Shown: positions 55,804 through 64,000 of the stretch, piece after piece
Layout of the letters: each line of letters begins with the position of its first letter
How positions within the stretch are numbered: position 1 is the first letter of the stretch
From: Candidatus Brocadiia bacterium
GTDB taxonomy: Bacteria > Planctomycetota > Brocadiia > CAIUPP01
Direction: 5' to 3'
Assembly: GCA_050015075.1 (NCBI GenBank)
Contig: JBEKCB010000011.1
Span: forward strand, 59,209-123,208
DNA: 64,000 nucleotides
Notes under the pieces: model-generated
What the model was told of the DNA's origin: nothing
The model's database searches: none
Seen by the model: the letters and a program-made list of their open reading frames with translations, nothing else
Made by a program: the position numbers and the translations under genes

Positions 55804-55880
55804 GGCCCCGTAGCTCAATTGGTTAGAGTGCCAGATTGTCGATCTGGATGTTGGGGGTTCGAATCCCCTCGGGGTCGCCA
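55804..55880 (+). tRNA. tRNA-Asp(GUC)
   Basis: GGCCCCG/CGGGGTC-G-CCA, loop TTGTCGA. Confidence 0.95.
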
Positions 55881-55933
55881 GGAAATCAGGGCCGCGCGAG
55901 CGTTCGGTCGCGGCCGTCGTTAGGGCGCATTTC

Positions 55934-56009
<76 letters not shown>

Positions 56010-56017
56010 GATGCAAG

Positions 56018-56064
56018 TCAAGGCTGCCGAGTGACATACGCTCGGCAGCCTTGATGTTTCTTTG
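56018..56064 (+). terminator. Intrinsic terminator after the tRNA cluster
   Basis: TCAAGGCTGCCGAG/CTCGGCAGCCTTGA stem then TGTTTCTTTG. Confidence 0.85.
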
Positions 56065-56114
56065 ACCTGCCCAGAGAACCCGCGGCACGCAGTGCGGCAC
56101 CCTAACGATTGGGC

Positions 56115-57362
56115 TCAGTCGTTGATCGCCTGGTAGGCCACATGTTTGAAAAGGTCCGTTACGAGACCCGAACTTGAAACGGGCTGGTACTGGAGCATGA
56201 TCACTGGAATCATGTCCTCGACAGGGTCAATCCACATCTGGGTGCACGCGGCTCCGCCCCAGCCGAACTCACCGATGGAACCGAGTTTGCGGAGTTCGCC
56301 GAGCCGGCGCACGACGGACACTCCCAGACCGAAGCCGAACCCGAAAGGCTGGATCGGAGGATGGCCGGCCGGCAGGTGATCGGCGGTCATCAATTCGACC
56401 GTCTTGCGGCTCAGCAGGCGCACGCCGTTCCATTGCCCGCCACCCAGAAGCATGAGGCCCAGACGCAGCATGTCGGAGGTGGTCGAGACCAGCCCGCCTC
56501 CGCCGCTCAGAAAGGCGGGCGGTTCGGTGTACGGCGGCGTCTTTCGGTCGGGGAAGCTCGGCAGATCGTCGCAGGCCACCAGCCGGCCATCCGCGCCGGG
56601 CTTGTACATGGTGGCAAACCGGTCGCGTTTCCCGGGCGGCACCCAGAAAGCGGTGTCGGTCATGCCCAGAGGCGTGAAAATCCGCTCTTGAAGAAAAACG
56701 TCGAATGACCGGCCTGTCACGACTTCAATCACGCGACCGAGAACATCAACCGAGGCGCTGTAGTTCCACGCCTCACCCGGATGCCGGCAAAGAGGTATTT
56801 TGCAGAAGTCGGCGACGAATTGCTGCAGCGTCTTGCCGTAAGCCGCAGCCTCTCTGCAGCCGTCGTACGTCAAACCGCCCATGTGCGTCAGCAGATCGTG
56901 CAGGGTCACTTCCCGACGCGGCCGGACCAGTTCCGGTTTGCCGTCGGCGCCTGTGACGGCCACGCGAAGATCCTTGAACTCGGGGATGAATCGCGATACG
57001 TCATCGGTCAAAAGGAACCGCCCTTCTTCGAGAAGCATCAAGACTGCGACACTGGTAACGATCTTGGTCATTGAGTAGATGCGGAAGATCGCGTCCTCGC
57101 GCATCGGTCGGCGGGTCTCCAAGTCCAGATAACCGTGGCAGGCCAGGTGGCCGATGCGCCCGCGCCGGTACACCAGGGTGACGGCGCCGGCGACAGTTCC
57201 CTCATCCAGCCACCGGCGCACCATCTCGTCCACGCGGCCGAGCCGGCTGGCGCTCAAGCCGATCTCTTCCGGGGGCACACAAGTCACCGGCCACAGCGCC
57301 GCTGATCGCGCCCTTTGCCTTGGCTTGTTCTTACGCGCTTTGACCTGCTTTCCAGTGCTCAC
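56115..57362 (-). CDS. Serine hydrolase, beta-lactamase/esterase (class C-like) family
   Basis: FRIYSMTK (SxxK), LLTHMGG, PGEAWNYS, GGGGLVST, FGWGG. Confidence 0.9.
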   Translation of the reverse strand: MSTGKQVKARKNKPRQRARSAALWPVTCVPPEEIGLSASRLGRVDEMVRRWLDEGTVAGAVTLVYRRGRIGHLACHGYLDLETRRPMREDAIFRIYSMTKIVTSVAVLMLLEEGRFLLTDDVSRFIPEFKDLRVAVTGADGKPELVRPRREVTLHDLLTHMGGLTYDGCREAAAYGKTLQQFVADFCKIPLCRHPGEAWNYSASVDVLGRVIEVVTGRSFDVFLQERIFTPLGMTDTAFWVPPGKRDRFATMYKPGADGRLVACDDLPSFPDRKTPPYTEPPAFLSGGGGLVSTTSDMLRLGLMLLGGGQWNGVRLLSRKTVELMTADHLPAGHPPIQPFGFGFGLGVSVVRRLGELRKLGSIGEFGWGGAACTQMWIDPVEDMIPVIMLQYQPVSSSGLVTDLFKHVAYQAIND

Positions 57363-57604
57363 TCTTATACTCCCCGCGCCTGGTGGCTCGTTTCCCTCCT
57401 CGCTGCTATCCCACGCAGCGATTCCGCCATCTGATGCCAGAGTTTGACCCTGATTCTCCCGCCTGTCAAGTCACTTTTCGGGGCAGACTGCTTCCGCCTG
57501 GGTCTCCGCCCTCGGCGCTTCATTCTCGTCTCACCCACAGGTCATCGCTTTCAAAATGACTTGAAAGACCGCCCACTGACCGGAACACTCGTGTGGAGAA
57601 TTCC

Positions 57605-57660
57605 TTGACAGTGCCGCGCCGCAGGAGTATAAAACGGGAAGTATACCACGCTGTGGTATA
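57605..57660 (+). promoter_or_regulatory. Sigma70 promoter with adjacent palindromic operator upstream of the giant repeat gene
   Basis: TTGACA-17-TATAAA then TATACCAC-gct-GTGGTATA. Confidence 0.6.
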
Positions 57661-58110
57661 AGGTATTGCGTCAAGAGGAGAGCATCCGGTCCGGGTGCGG
57701 AAGGCGTTGCGGACCGGGAGAAGGCTGGTTCACGACGATCCCGGCCGAGGATGTGCGGTCCGTCGTGGAGGGGGGCACGTTGGCGAAGATGCGGCGACAC
57801 GCTGTGCAAGACTCTCCGCCGAACCGCGGCTCGGGCAACCGCGCTCTTCTTCCGCCTCGCCGGATTCCATCGCCTCAGCCGGAGAAGGAACATTAGCTGA
57901 ACCAGATAGACGCCCCATGCCGCTCGCCGGTCAATAAGCCGATCCGGAATTCTCTTGACTCGAGGGCTCTGGAGAAGTACAGAATATAGATGGGGATAAT
58001 TGATGCAAATCAGCAGGTGGCCCAGGGGCAACATTTGCGAATAGCGGTCGGAATGACCAACAAGCCAGTATCCTTAAACTGCGTCTTTTCATAAGAAAGA
58101 GGCGAGTGCG

Positions 58111-61100
58111 ATGGGAAATTATCGGCGACGTTTACAAGGTCTCTCAGCCGGCCGGCGCCCGCGGCCGATCGGACTGGCGCCCATGCTCGCCTTCGTGACG
58201 GGCGTCTGCCTCCTTTGCCTCACGGCACAGGGTCAGCCGACGCAACTGGCCTTTGTCCAGGGGCCGACCAACACGCAGGCTGGCAGCACGATCACCCCGT
58301 CGGTGACCGTGGCGGTCGAGGATGCCGGCGGCAGCGTGGTCACGACCGACACCTCGAACGTGACGGTGGCCGTCAGCCCGGGCGTCACGGGGCCGGGAAT
58401 TCTCAAGGGGACGCTGACCGTGAAGGCCGTGAGCGGCGTGGCGACCTTCAACACCCTTTCCGTCACCGCAGCAGGGACCACCTATACGCTTCAGGCAACT
58501 GACGGCGCGTTGACCGCTGCCACCTCGGCGATCTTCACCGTGACGCCTGCGGCGCCGCCATCCACCTATAATCTCAAAGTTCTGGGGCAATTCATCGGAA
58601 CCAACGGAAATGGGCCCTCGCCGGGGCTCGTCATGGACGGCAGCGGCAATCTCTACGGCACAACGGAACGGGGCGGTGGTGGCTACGGCACGGTGTACGA
58701 AATCACGGCCGCCAGTATCGCGTCCGGTAGCCCCACGATCACCACGCTGGCCTCGTTCAACGATACCAACGGCGCCGCTCCCTTTGGCGCCATGGTCATG
58801 GACGGCTTCGGCAATCTCTACGGAACGACGACGGAGGGCGGCGCCAGTAACGCCGGCACGGTGTTCGAAGTGGTGGCCGAGAGCAACGCGATCACCCGGC
58901 TCGCCTCGTTCGCCAGCGGATCCGAAGGCTCTTTCGGCGGACTGCTCATAGACGGCAGCGGCGACCTCTTCGGGACAACTTATCTGGGCGGTGACAGTAA
59001 CAACGGCGCAGTGTTCGAATTGGTGGCCGGGAGCGGCACGATCACCACGCTGGCCTCGCTCAACGGAGCCAACGGGACAGGCTGCCATGGCGGGCTCGCC
59101 ATGGACAAGTTCGGCAATTTCTATGGAACGGCATGGCAGGGCGGCGCTAATAGCATCGGCACGGTGTACGAATTGCCGGCCGGGAGCCACACGATCACCG
59201 CGCTCGTGTCGTTCGCTGGCGGGGGGGTTTTCAGTCCCACCGGGGAGACGCCCGAGGGGACGCCCGTCGTAGACGGCAACGGCAATATCTACGGCACCAC
59301 TTCGTTCGGTGGCCCTAGTACCTGGGGCACGGTGTTCGAAATCACGGCCGCCAGCATCGCGGCCGGCAGCCCCACGATCACCACGCTCTGCTCGTTTGGC
59401 GGCGGGGCTGACGAAGGATCGCCCATTGACGGGCTTCTCATGGACGGCAGCGGCAATCTCTTTGGAACGACTCAATTCGGCGGTAATGGTTACGGCCTGG
59501 TGTTCGAAATAGCATCCGGGACCAGGACAGTCACCCCGCTCGCGTCGTTTAACGGGACCGACGGGGACACCCTCGGGTCGGGCGTGATCATGGACGGGAG
59601 CGGCAATCTCTACGGCGTAGCCCCCGTCGGCGGCGCCGTCTCTCCTTTTGATGGCACGGTTTACGAACTCTCCCCGGTGACCGCGGCCGTTAACACGCTG
59701 AATGTGCAGTCCACGCCGCCGACCGGGCTGATCATCGGTTCGAGCACGGGCGACGGCGGGACAACGCAGTACACAGTGTCGAGCGTCGCGGCTGGAACGA
59801 CCGTGAACCTGCAAGCCCCCGCGACGGACCCGACCACGGGGGACGTCTTCTCGCAGTGGTGGGTGAACGACGTGCCTCAGACTTCAGGGCAGCAGGCGAT
59901 CACGTTCACGACGGGCGCGGCCACGACGGCGGTGGCGCAGTACATACCGGTCAGCACGCTGAGTGTCCAGTCCACGCCGCCGACCGGGATCGTCATCACT
60001 TCGTCCACCAGCGACGGCGGGACGACGAACTACCCGGTGCCGGGCGTCGCGGAGGGGACGAGCGTGAACTTGGTGGCGCCCGGGACGGACCCGACCGGAT
60101 ACACCTTCGAATACTGGATGGTAAACGGATCGGCAATCACTCCGTCTAACAAGTCCGCCTCGTTCACGATGTCCGGGACAGCCACGACGGCGGTGGCGCA
60201 GTACACGGCCGTGGCAAGCACCTACACGCTGGCCGTTCAGTCCACACCCCCGACCGGGCTGAGCATCGCTTCGAGCAACACGGGCCAGGGCGGGACGACG
60301 AACTACACGCTGCCGAGCGTCGCGACTGGAACGAGCGTGAACCTGCAAGCCCCGGCGACCGACCCGAGCGGGGTGTATACTTTCTCGCAGTGGACGCTGA
60401 ACGGCGTGGCGCAGCCTCCGGGCACGCCGCCCACCTCCATCACGTTCACGATGACCGGTGACACGACGGCGGTGGCGGTGTACACCTACACGCTGACCGT
60501 TCAGTCCACGCCGGGGACCGGGCTGAGCATCAGTTCGAGCACGGGCTACGGCGGGACGACGAACTACACGGTTCCGGTTCCGGCCGTGGTGTCGGGGACG
60601 ACCGTGAACCTGGTGGCCCCGGCGACGGACGAGTTTGGGGAGCCGTTCTTGCAGTGGACGCTGAACGGCGTGACGCAGCCTCCGGGCACTCCGGCCACGT
60701 CCATCACGTTCACGATGACCGGTGACACGACGGCGGTAGCGCAGTACCTGGTGACCACCTATACGCTGACGGTGGAGTCCACACCGCCGACTGGGCTGAG
60801 CATCACTTCGGGCAACACGGGCCAGGGCGGGACGACGCCTTACCCGCTGTCCGGCATCGCATATGGGACGAGCGTGAACCTGCAGGCCCCGGCGACGGAC
60901 CCGGCCGGGTATACCTTCTTGCACTGGGCTGTGAACGGCGCGCCGCAGACCGCCGGGGTAAAGTCCGTCACGTTCACGATGGATGCGACCGTGGTCGCCG
61001 TGGCGCAGTACGCACCGAACACCGGCTACACGCTCAACGTGGAATCCACGCCGCCGACCGGCTTGAGCATCACTTCGAGCAACACGGGCCAGGGCGGGGC

Positions 61101-64000
61101 GACGCCTTACCCGCTGTCCGGCGTCGCCTATGGGACGGGCGTGAACCTTCAGGCCCCGGCGACGGACCCGGCCGGATACACCTTCCTGTACTGGGATGTG
61201 AACAACACGCCGCAGCCCGTCGGGGTGAAGTCCGTCACGTTCACGATGGATGCGACCACGGCCGCCGTGGCGCAGTACGCACCAAACACCGTCTACACGC
61301 TCTTCGTGTCTTCTGCCCCGCCGGTCACGCTGGCCATCAGTTCGACCACGGGCCACGGCGGGACGACGGACTACCTGCCGCCTGGCGGCGTCGCGTACGG
61401 GACGCCCGTGAACCTTCAGGCGCCGGCGACGGACCCGGCCGGATACACCTTCTTGTACTGGGCTGTGAACAACACGCCGCAGCCCGTCGGGGTGAAGTCC
61501 GTCACGTTCACGATGGATGCGACCACGGCCGCCGTGGCGCAGTACGCACCGAACACCGTCTACACGCTCTACGTGTCTTCTGTCCCGCCGGTCACGCTGG
61601 CCATCAGTTCGACCACCGGCCACGGCGGGACGACGGACTACAGGGCGCCTGGCGGCGTCGCCTACGGGACGCTCGTGAACCTTCAGGCCCCGGCGACCGA
61701 CCCGGCCGGATACACCTTCTTGTACTGGGAGGTGAACAACACGCCGCAGCCCGTCGGGGTGAAGTCCCTCACGTTCACGATGGATGCGACCACCGCCGCC
61801 GTGGCGTGGTACGCGCCGAACACCGGGTACACGCTCTACGTGAGCTCCACGCCGCCGACGGGGGTCGTTATCACTTCGACCACGTGCCACGGCGGGCCCA
61901 CGGACTACACGATTCCCGACGTCACGTACGGGACGAGCGTGGAGCTTCAGGCTCCGGCGGCGGACCCGCTGGGATACACCTTCTTGTACTGGGATGTGAA
62001 CAACACGCCGCAGCCCGTCGGGGTGAAGTCCCTCACGTTCACGATGGATGCGACCACGGCCGCTGTCGCGCGCTACGCGCCGAACATCGGCTTCCCGCTC
62101 TCCGTAAGTTCCACGCCGCCGCCCGGGATCATTATCACTTCGTGTGCGGGTTACGGCGGGACGACGCCCTATGGGACGCCGTCGCCGGTTACGTACGGGG
62201 CGAGCGTGGACCTCCAGGTCCCGGCGACGGACCCGGCCGGATTCACCTTCCAGAACTGGACTGTGAACGGCGCGGCCCAGCCCGCCGGGCAGAAGTCCAT
62301 CACGTTCACGATGGATTCGACCGTGGGCGCCGTAGCGCACTACGCAAAGAACACCGTCTACAACCTCGCCGTGCAGTCCACGCCGCCGGCCAATACTCCG
62401 TTGAGCATCGGTTCGACCACAGGTCACGACGGCGCGACGCCCTACACACACGCCGGGATCGCGTATGGGATGAGCGTGAACCTTCAGGTCCCGGCGACGG
62501 ATCCGGCTGGGTTCATCTTCTCGCAGTGGACGGTGAACGGCGCGGCGCAGCCCGCCGGGCAGAAGTCCATCACGTTCACGATGGATGCGGGCGTGACGGC
62601 GGAGGCGCAGTACACACTGAGCGGCAACACGCTGACCGTGGAATCCACCCCGCCGACCGGCTTGAGCATCGGTTCGAGCAACCCCGGCCAGAGCGGGACG
62701 ACGGACTACTACGTGAATACGAACGTCGCGCCGGGCGCCAGCGTGAACCTGGTGGCCCCGGCGACGGACCCGCCCGGGTACACCTTCTCACAGTGGACGG
62801 TGAACGGGGCGGCACAGACCGGCAAGTCCATCACGTTCACGATGAGCGGAGCCACGATTGCCGTGGCGCAGTACGCACTGAACGGGTATGTGCTGAACGT
62901 GCAGTCCGCTCCGCCGGTCCACTTGAGCATCAGTTCGAGCAACTTGGGCCAGAGCGGCACGACCCCCTACAGTATTCAGCCCCTCGCGTACGGAACGAGT
63001 GTGAACCTGGAGGCCCCGGCGACGGACCCGCCCGGGTTCATCTTCACGCACTGGACGGTGAACGGCGCGGCGCTGCCGGACAAGTCCATCACGTTCACGA
63101 TGACTGCGAACACAACGGCGGAGGCGTTCTACACACCGACCGTCAGCTTTACGCTCGACGTGAATTCCGGGCCGCCGACCAGGTTGAGCATCGGTTCGAC
63201 CACGGGCCACGGTGGCACGACGAGCTACACGGTGGTGCCGCCGGTCGCGTACGGGACTCTCGTGAACCTGGTGGCCCCGGCGACGGACCCGCCCGGGTTC
63301 GTCTTCACGAAGTGGACGGTAAACAACGCGGCGCTGCCTTCCAAGTCCATCACGTTCACGATGACTGCCAACACAACGGCGGACGCGGAGTACGCACCGA
63401 ACACCTACACGCTCAACGTGAATTCCGGGCCGCCGACCAAGTTGCCTATCGGTTCGAGCAACACGGGTCAAGGCGGCACGACGAACTACCCGGTACTGAA
63501 GGTCGCGTACGGGACGAGCGTGAACCTGGTGGCCCCGGCGACGGACCCGCCCGGGTTCGTCTTCACGAAGTGGACGGTAAACAACGCGGCGCTGCCTTCC
63601 AAGTCCATCACGTTCACGATGACTGCCAACACAACGGCGGACGCGGAGTACGCACCGAACACCTACACGCTCAGCGTAAATTCCGGGCCGATACGTCCGT
63701 TGACCATCGGTTCGACCACAGGCGACGGCAACAAGACGCTCTACACGGTGCCGAGGGTCGCGTACGGGACGCTCGTGAACCTGGAGGCTCCGGCGACGGA
63801 CCCGCCCGGATACACCTTCCAATTCTGGGGGGTGAACGGCGCGGAGCAGCCTTCCAAGTCCATCACGTTCACGATGACTGCCAACACAACGGCGTTCGCC
63901 CAGTACGCACCGAACACCTACACGCTCAGCGTAAATTCCGGGCCGATACGTCCGTTGACCATCGGTTCGACCACAGGCGACGGCAACAAGACGCTCTACA
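58111..64000 (+). CDS. Giant secreted/surface repeat protein (>1960 aa, runs off the window): signal peptide, Ig-like domain, 7 GloVer (TIGR03803-like) repeats, at least 17 tandem ~88-aa beta-rich repeats
   Basis: Frame +1 reads sensibly from ATG 58111 to the last base (…IGSTTGDGNKTLY); repeated GNLYGTT..GG...GTVFE and TL.V.STPP...GGTT.Y...GT.VNL.APATDP.GY.F..W.VN...SITFTM. Confidence 0.88.
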   Translation, partial: MGNYRRRLQGLSAGRRPRPIGLAPMLAFVTGVCLLCLTAQGQPTQLAFVQGPTNTQAGSTITPSVTVAVEDAGGSVVTTDTSNVTVAVSPGVTGPGILKGTLTVKAVSGVATFNTLSVTAAGTTYTLQATDGALTAATSAIFTVTPAAPPSTYNLKVLGQFIGTNGNGPSPGLVMDGSGNLYGTTERGGGGYGTVYEITAASIASGSPTITTLASFNDTNGAAPFGAMVMDGFGNLYGTTTEGGASNAGTVFEVVAESNAITRLASFASGSEGSFGGLLIDGSGDLFGTTYLGGDSNNGAVFELVAGSGTITTLASLNGANGTGCHGGLAMDKFGNFYGTAWQGGANSIGTVYELPAGSHTITALVSFAGGGVFSPTGETPEGTPVVDGNGNIYGTTSFGGPSTWGTVFEITAASIAAGSPTITTLCSFGGGADEGSPIDGLLMDGSGNLFGTTQFGGNGYGLVFEIASGTRTVTPLASFNGTDGDTLGSGVIMDGSGNLYGVAPVGGAVSPFDGTVYELSPVTAAVNTLNVQSTPPTGLIIGSSTGDGGTTQYTVSSVAAGTTVNLQAPATDPTTGDVFSQWWVNDVPQTSGQQAITFTTGAATTAVAQYIPVSTLSVQSTPPTGIVITSSTSDGGTTNYPVPGVAEGTSVNLVAPGTDPTGYTFEYWMVNGSAITPSNKSASFTMSGTATTAVAQYTAVASTYTLAVQSTPPTGLSIASSNTGQGGTTNYTLPSVATGTSVNLQAPATDPSGVYTFSQWTLNGVAQPPGTPPTSITFTMTGDTTAVAVYTYTLTVQSTPGTGLSISSSTGYGGTTNYTVPVPAVVSGTTVNLVAPATDEFGEPFLQWTLNGVTQPPGTPATSITFTMTGDTTAVAQYLVTTYTLTVESTPPTGLSITSGNTGQGGTTPYPLSGIAYGTSVNLQAPATDPAGYTFLHWAVNGAPQTAGVKSVTFTMDATVVAVAQYAPNTGYTLNVESTPPTGLSITSSNTGQGGATPYPLSGVAYGTGVNLQAPATDPAGYTFLYWDVNNTPQPVGVKSVTFTMDATTAAVAQYAPNTVYTLFVSSAPPVTLAISSTTGHGGTTDYLPPGGVAYGTPVNLQAPATDPAGYTFLYWAVNNTPQPVGVKSVTFTMDATTAAVAQYAPNTVYTLYVSSVPPVTLAISSTTGHGGTTDYRAPGGVAYGTLVNLQAPATDPAGYTFLYWEVNNTPQPVGVKSLTFTMDATTAAVAWYAPNTGYTLYVSSTPPTGVVITSTTCHGGPTDYTIPDVTYGTSVELQAPAADPLGYTFLYWDVNNTPQPVGVKSLTFTMDATTAAVARYAPNIGFPLSVSSTPPPGIIITSCAGYGGTTPYGTPSPVTYGASVDLQVPATDPAGFTFQNWTVNGAAQPAGQKSITFTMDSTVGAVAHYAKNTVYNLAVQSTPPANTPLSIGSTTGHDGATPYTHAGIAYGMSVNLQVPATDPAGFIFSQWTVNGAAQPAGQKSITFTMDAGVTAEAQYTLSGNTLTVESTPPTGLSIGSSNPGQSGTTDYYVNTNVAPGASVNLVAPATDPPGYTFSQWTVNGAAQTGKSITFTMSGATIAVAQYALNGYVLNVQSAPPVHLSISSSNLGQSGTTPYSIQPLAYGTSVNLEAPATDPPGFIFTHWTVNGAALPDKSITFTMTANTTAEAFYTPTVSFTLDVNSGPPTRLSIGSTTGHGGTTSYTVVPPVAYGTLVNLVAPATDPPGFVFTKWTVNNAALPSKSITFTMTANTTADAEYAPNTYTLNVNSGPPTKLPIGSSNTGQGGTTNYPVLKVAYGTSVNLVAPATDPPGFVFTKWTVNNAALPSKSITFTMTANTTADAEYAPNTYTLSVNSGPIRPLTIGSTTGDGNKTLYTVPRVAYGTLVNLEAPATDPPGYTFQFWGVNGAEQPSKSITFTMTANTTAFAQYAPNTYTLSVNSGPIRPLTIGSTTGDGNKTLY

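Noticed and set aside
58144-63822. Long minus-strand ORFs (556, 855 and 344 aa)
   Set aside because: Antisense shadows of the plus-strand giant repeat gene; Arg/His-rich nonsense composition.
59695-64000. Tandem repeats as a CRISPR array or DGR template/variable pair
   Set aside because: Units are ~260-bp in-frame coding repeats without unique spacers. Differences are not adenine-specific, and no cas or reverse transcriptase gene is present.

Overview
A GC-rich bacterial chromosomal window, probably from the PVC superphylum (inferred from gene content). It opens with the end of a tightly coupled envelope operon (VWA, GATase-like/DUF1355, DUF4175-like, PA14-PKD-TPR; 1-11105). Housekeeping and metabolic genes follow: nadC, dppA, ygiD, trpB2, cspA, dapB, a 2-oxoacid/acetoin dehydrogenase E1a-E1b-E2 set without E3, an orphan dnaE2, fprA, nifU-like, mdh, a UbiB-like kinase, pgpA, tsaB and trpE. 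There are five tRNAs (Ser-GGA, a rare Arg-UCG, Val-UAC, Asp-GUC, Ala-CGC), two TA pairs (hicAB, vapBC) and an orphan BrnA-like antitoxin. A giant secreted repeat protein (58111 to beyond 64000) is missing from the ORF track. The most unusual signal is about eight families of short palindromic or inverted-heptamer elements and tiny MITEs. At least four have inserted in frame into protein-coding genes (twice in dnaE2, once in E2, once in a UbiA-like gene), and others lie beside small solo cargo genes. One of those genes sits inside an exact 26-bp duplication of the fprA 3' end. I saw no CRISPR array, integrase, transposase or reverse transcriptase. All family assignments come from motif recognition by eye, not from database searches.
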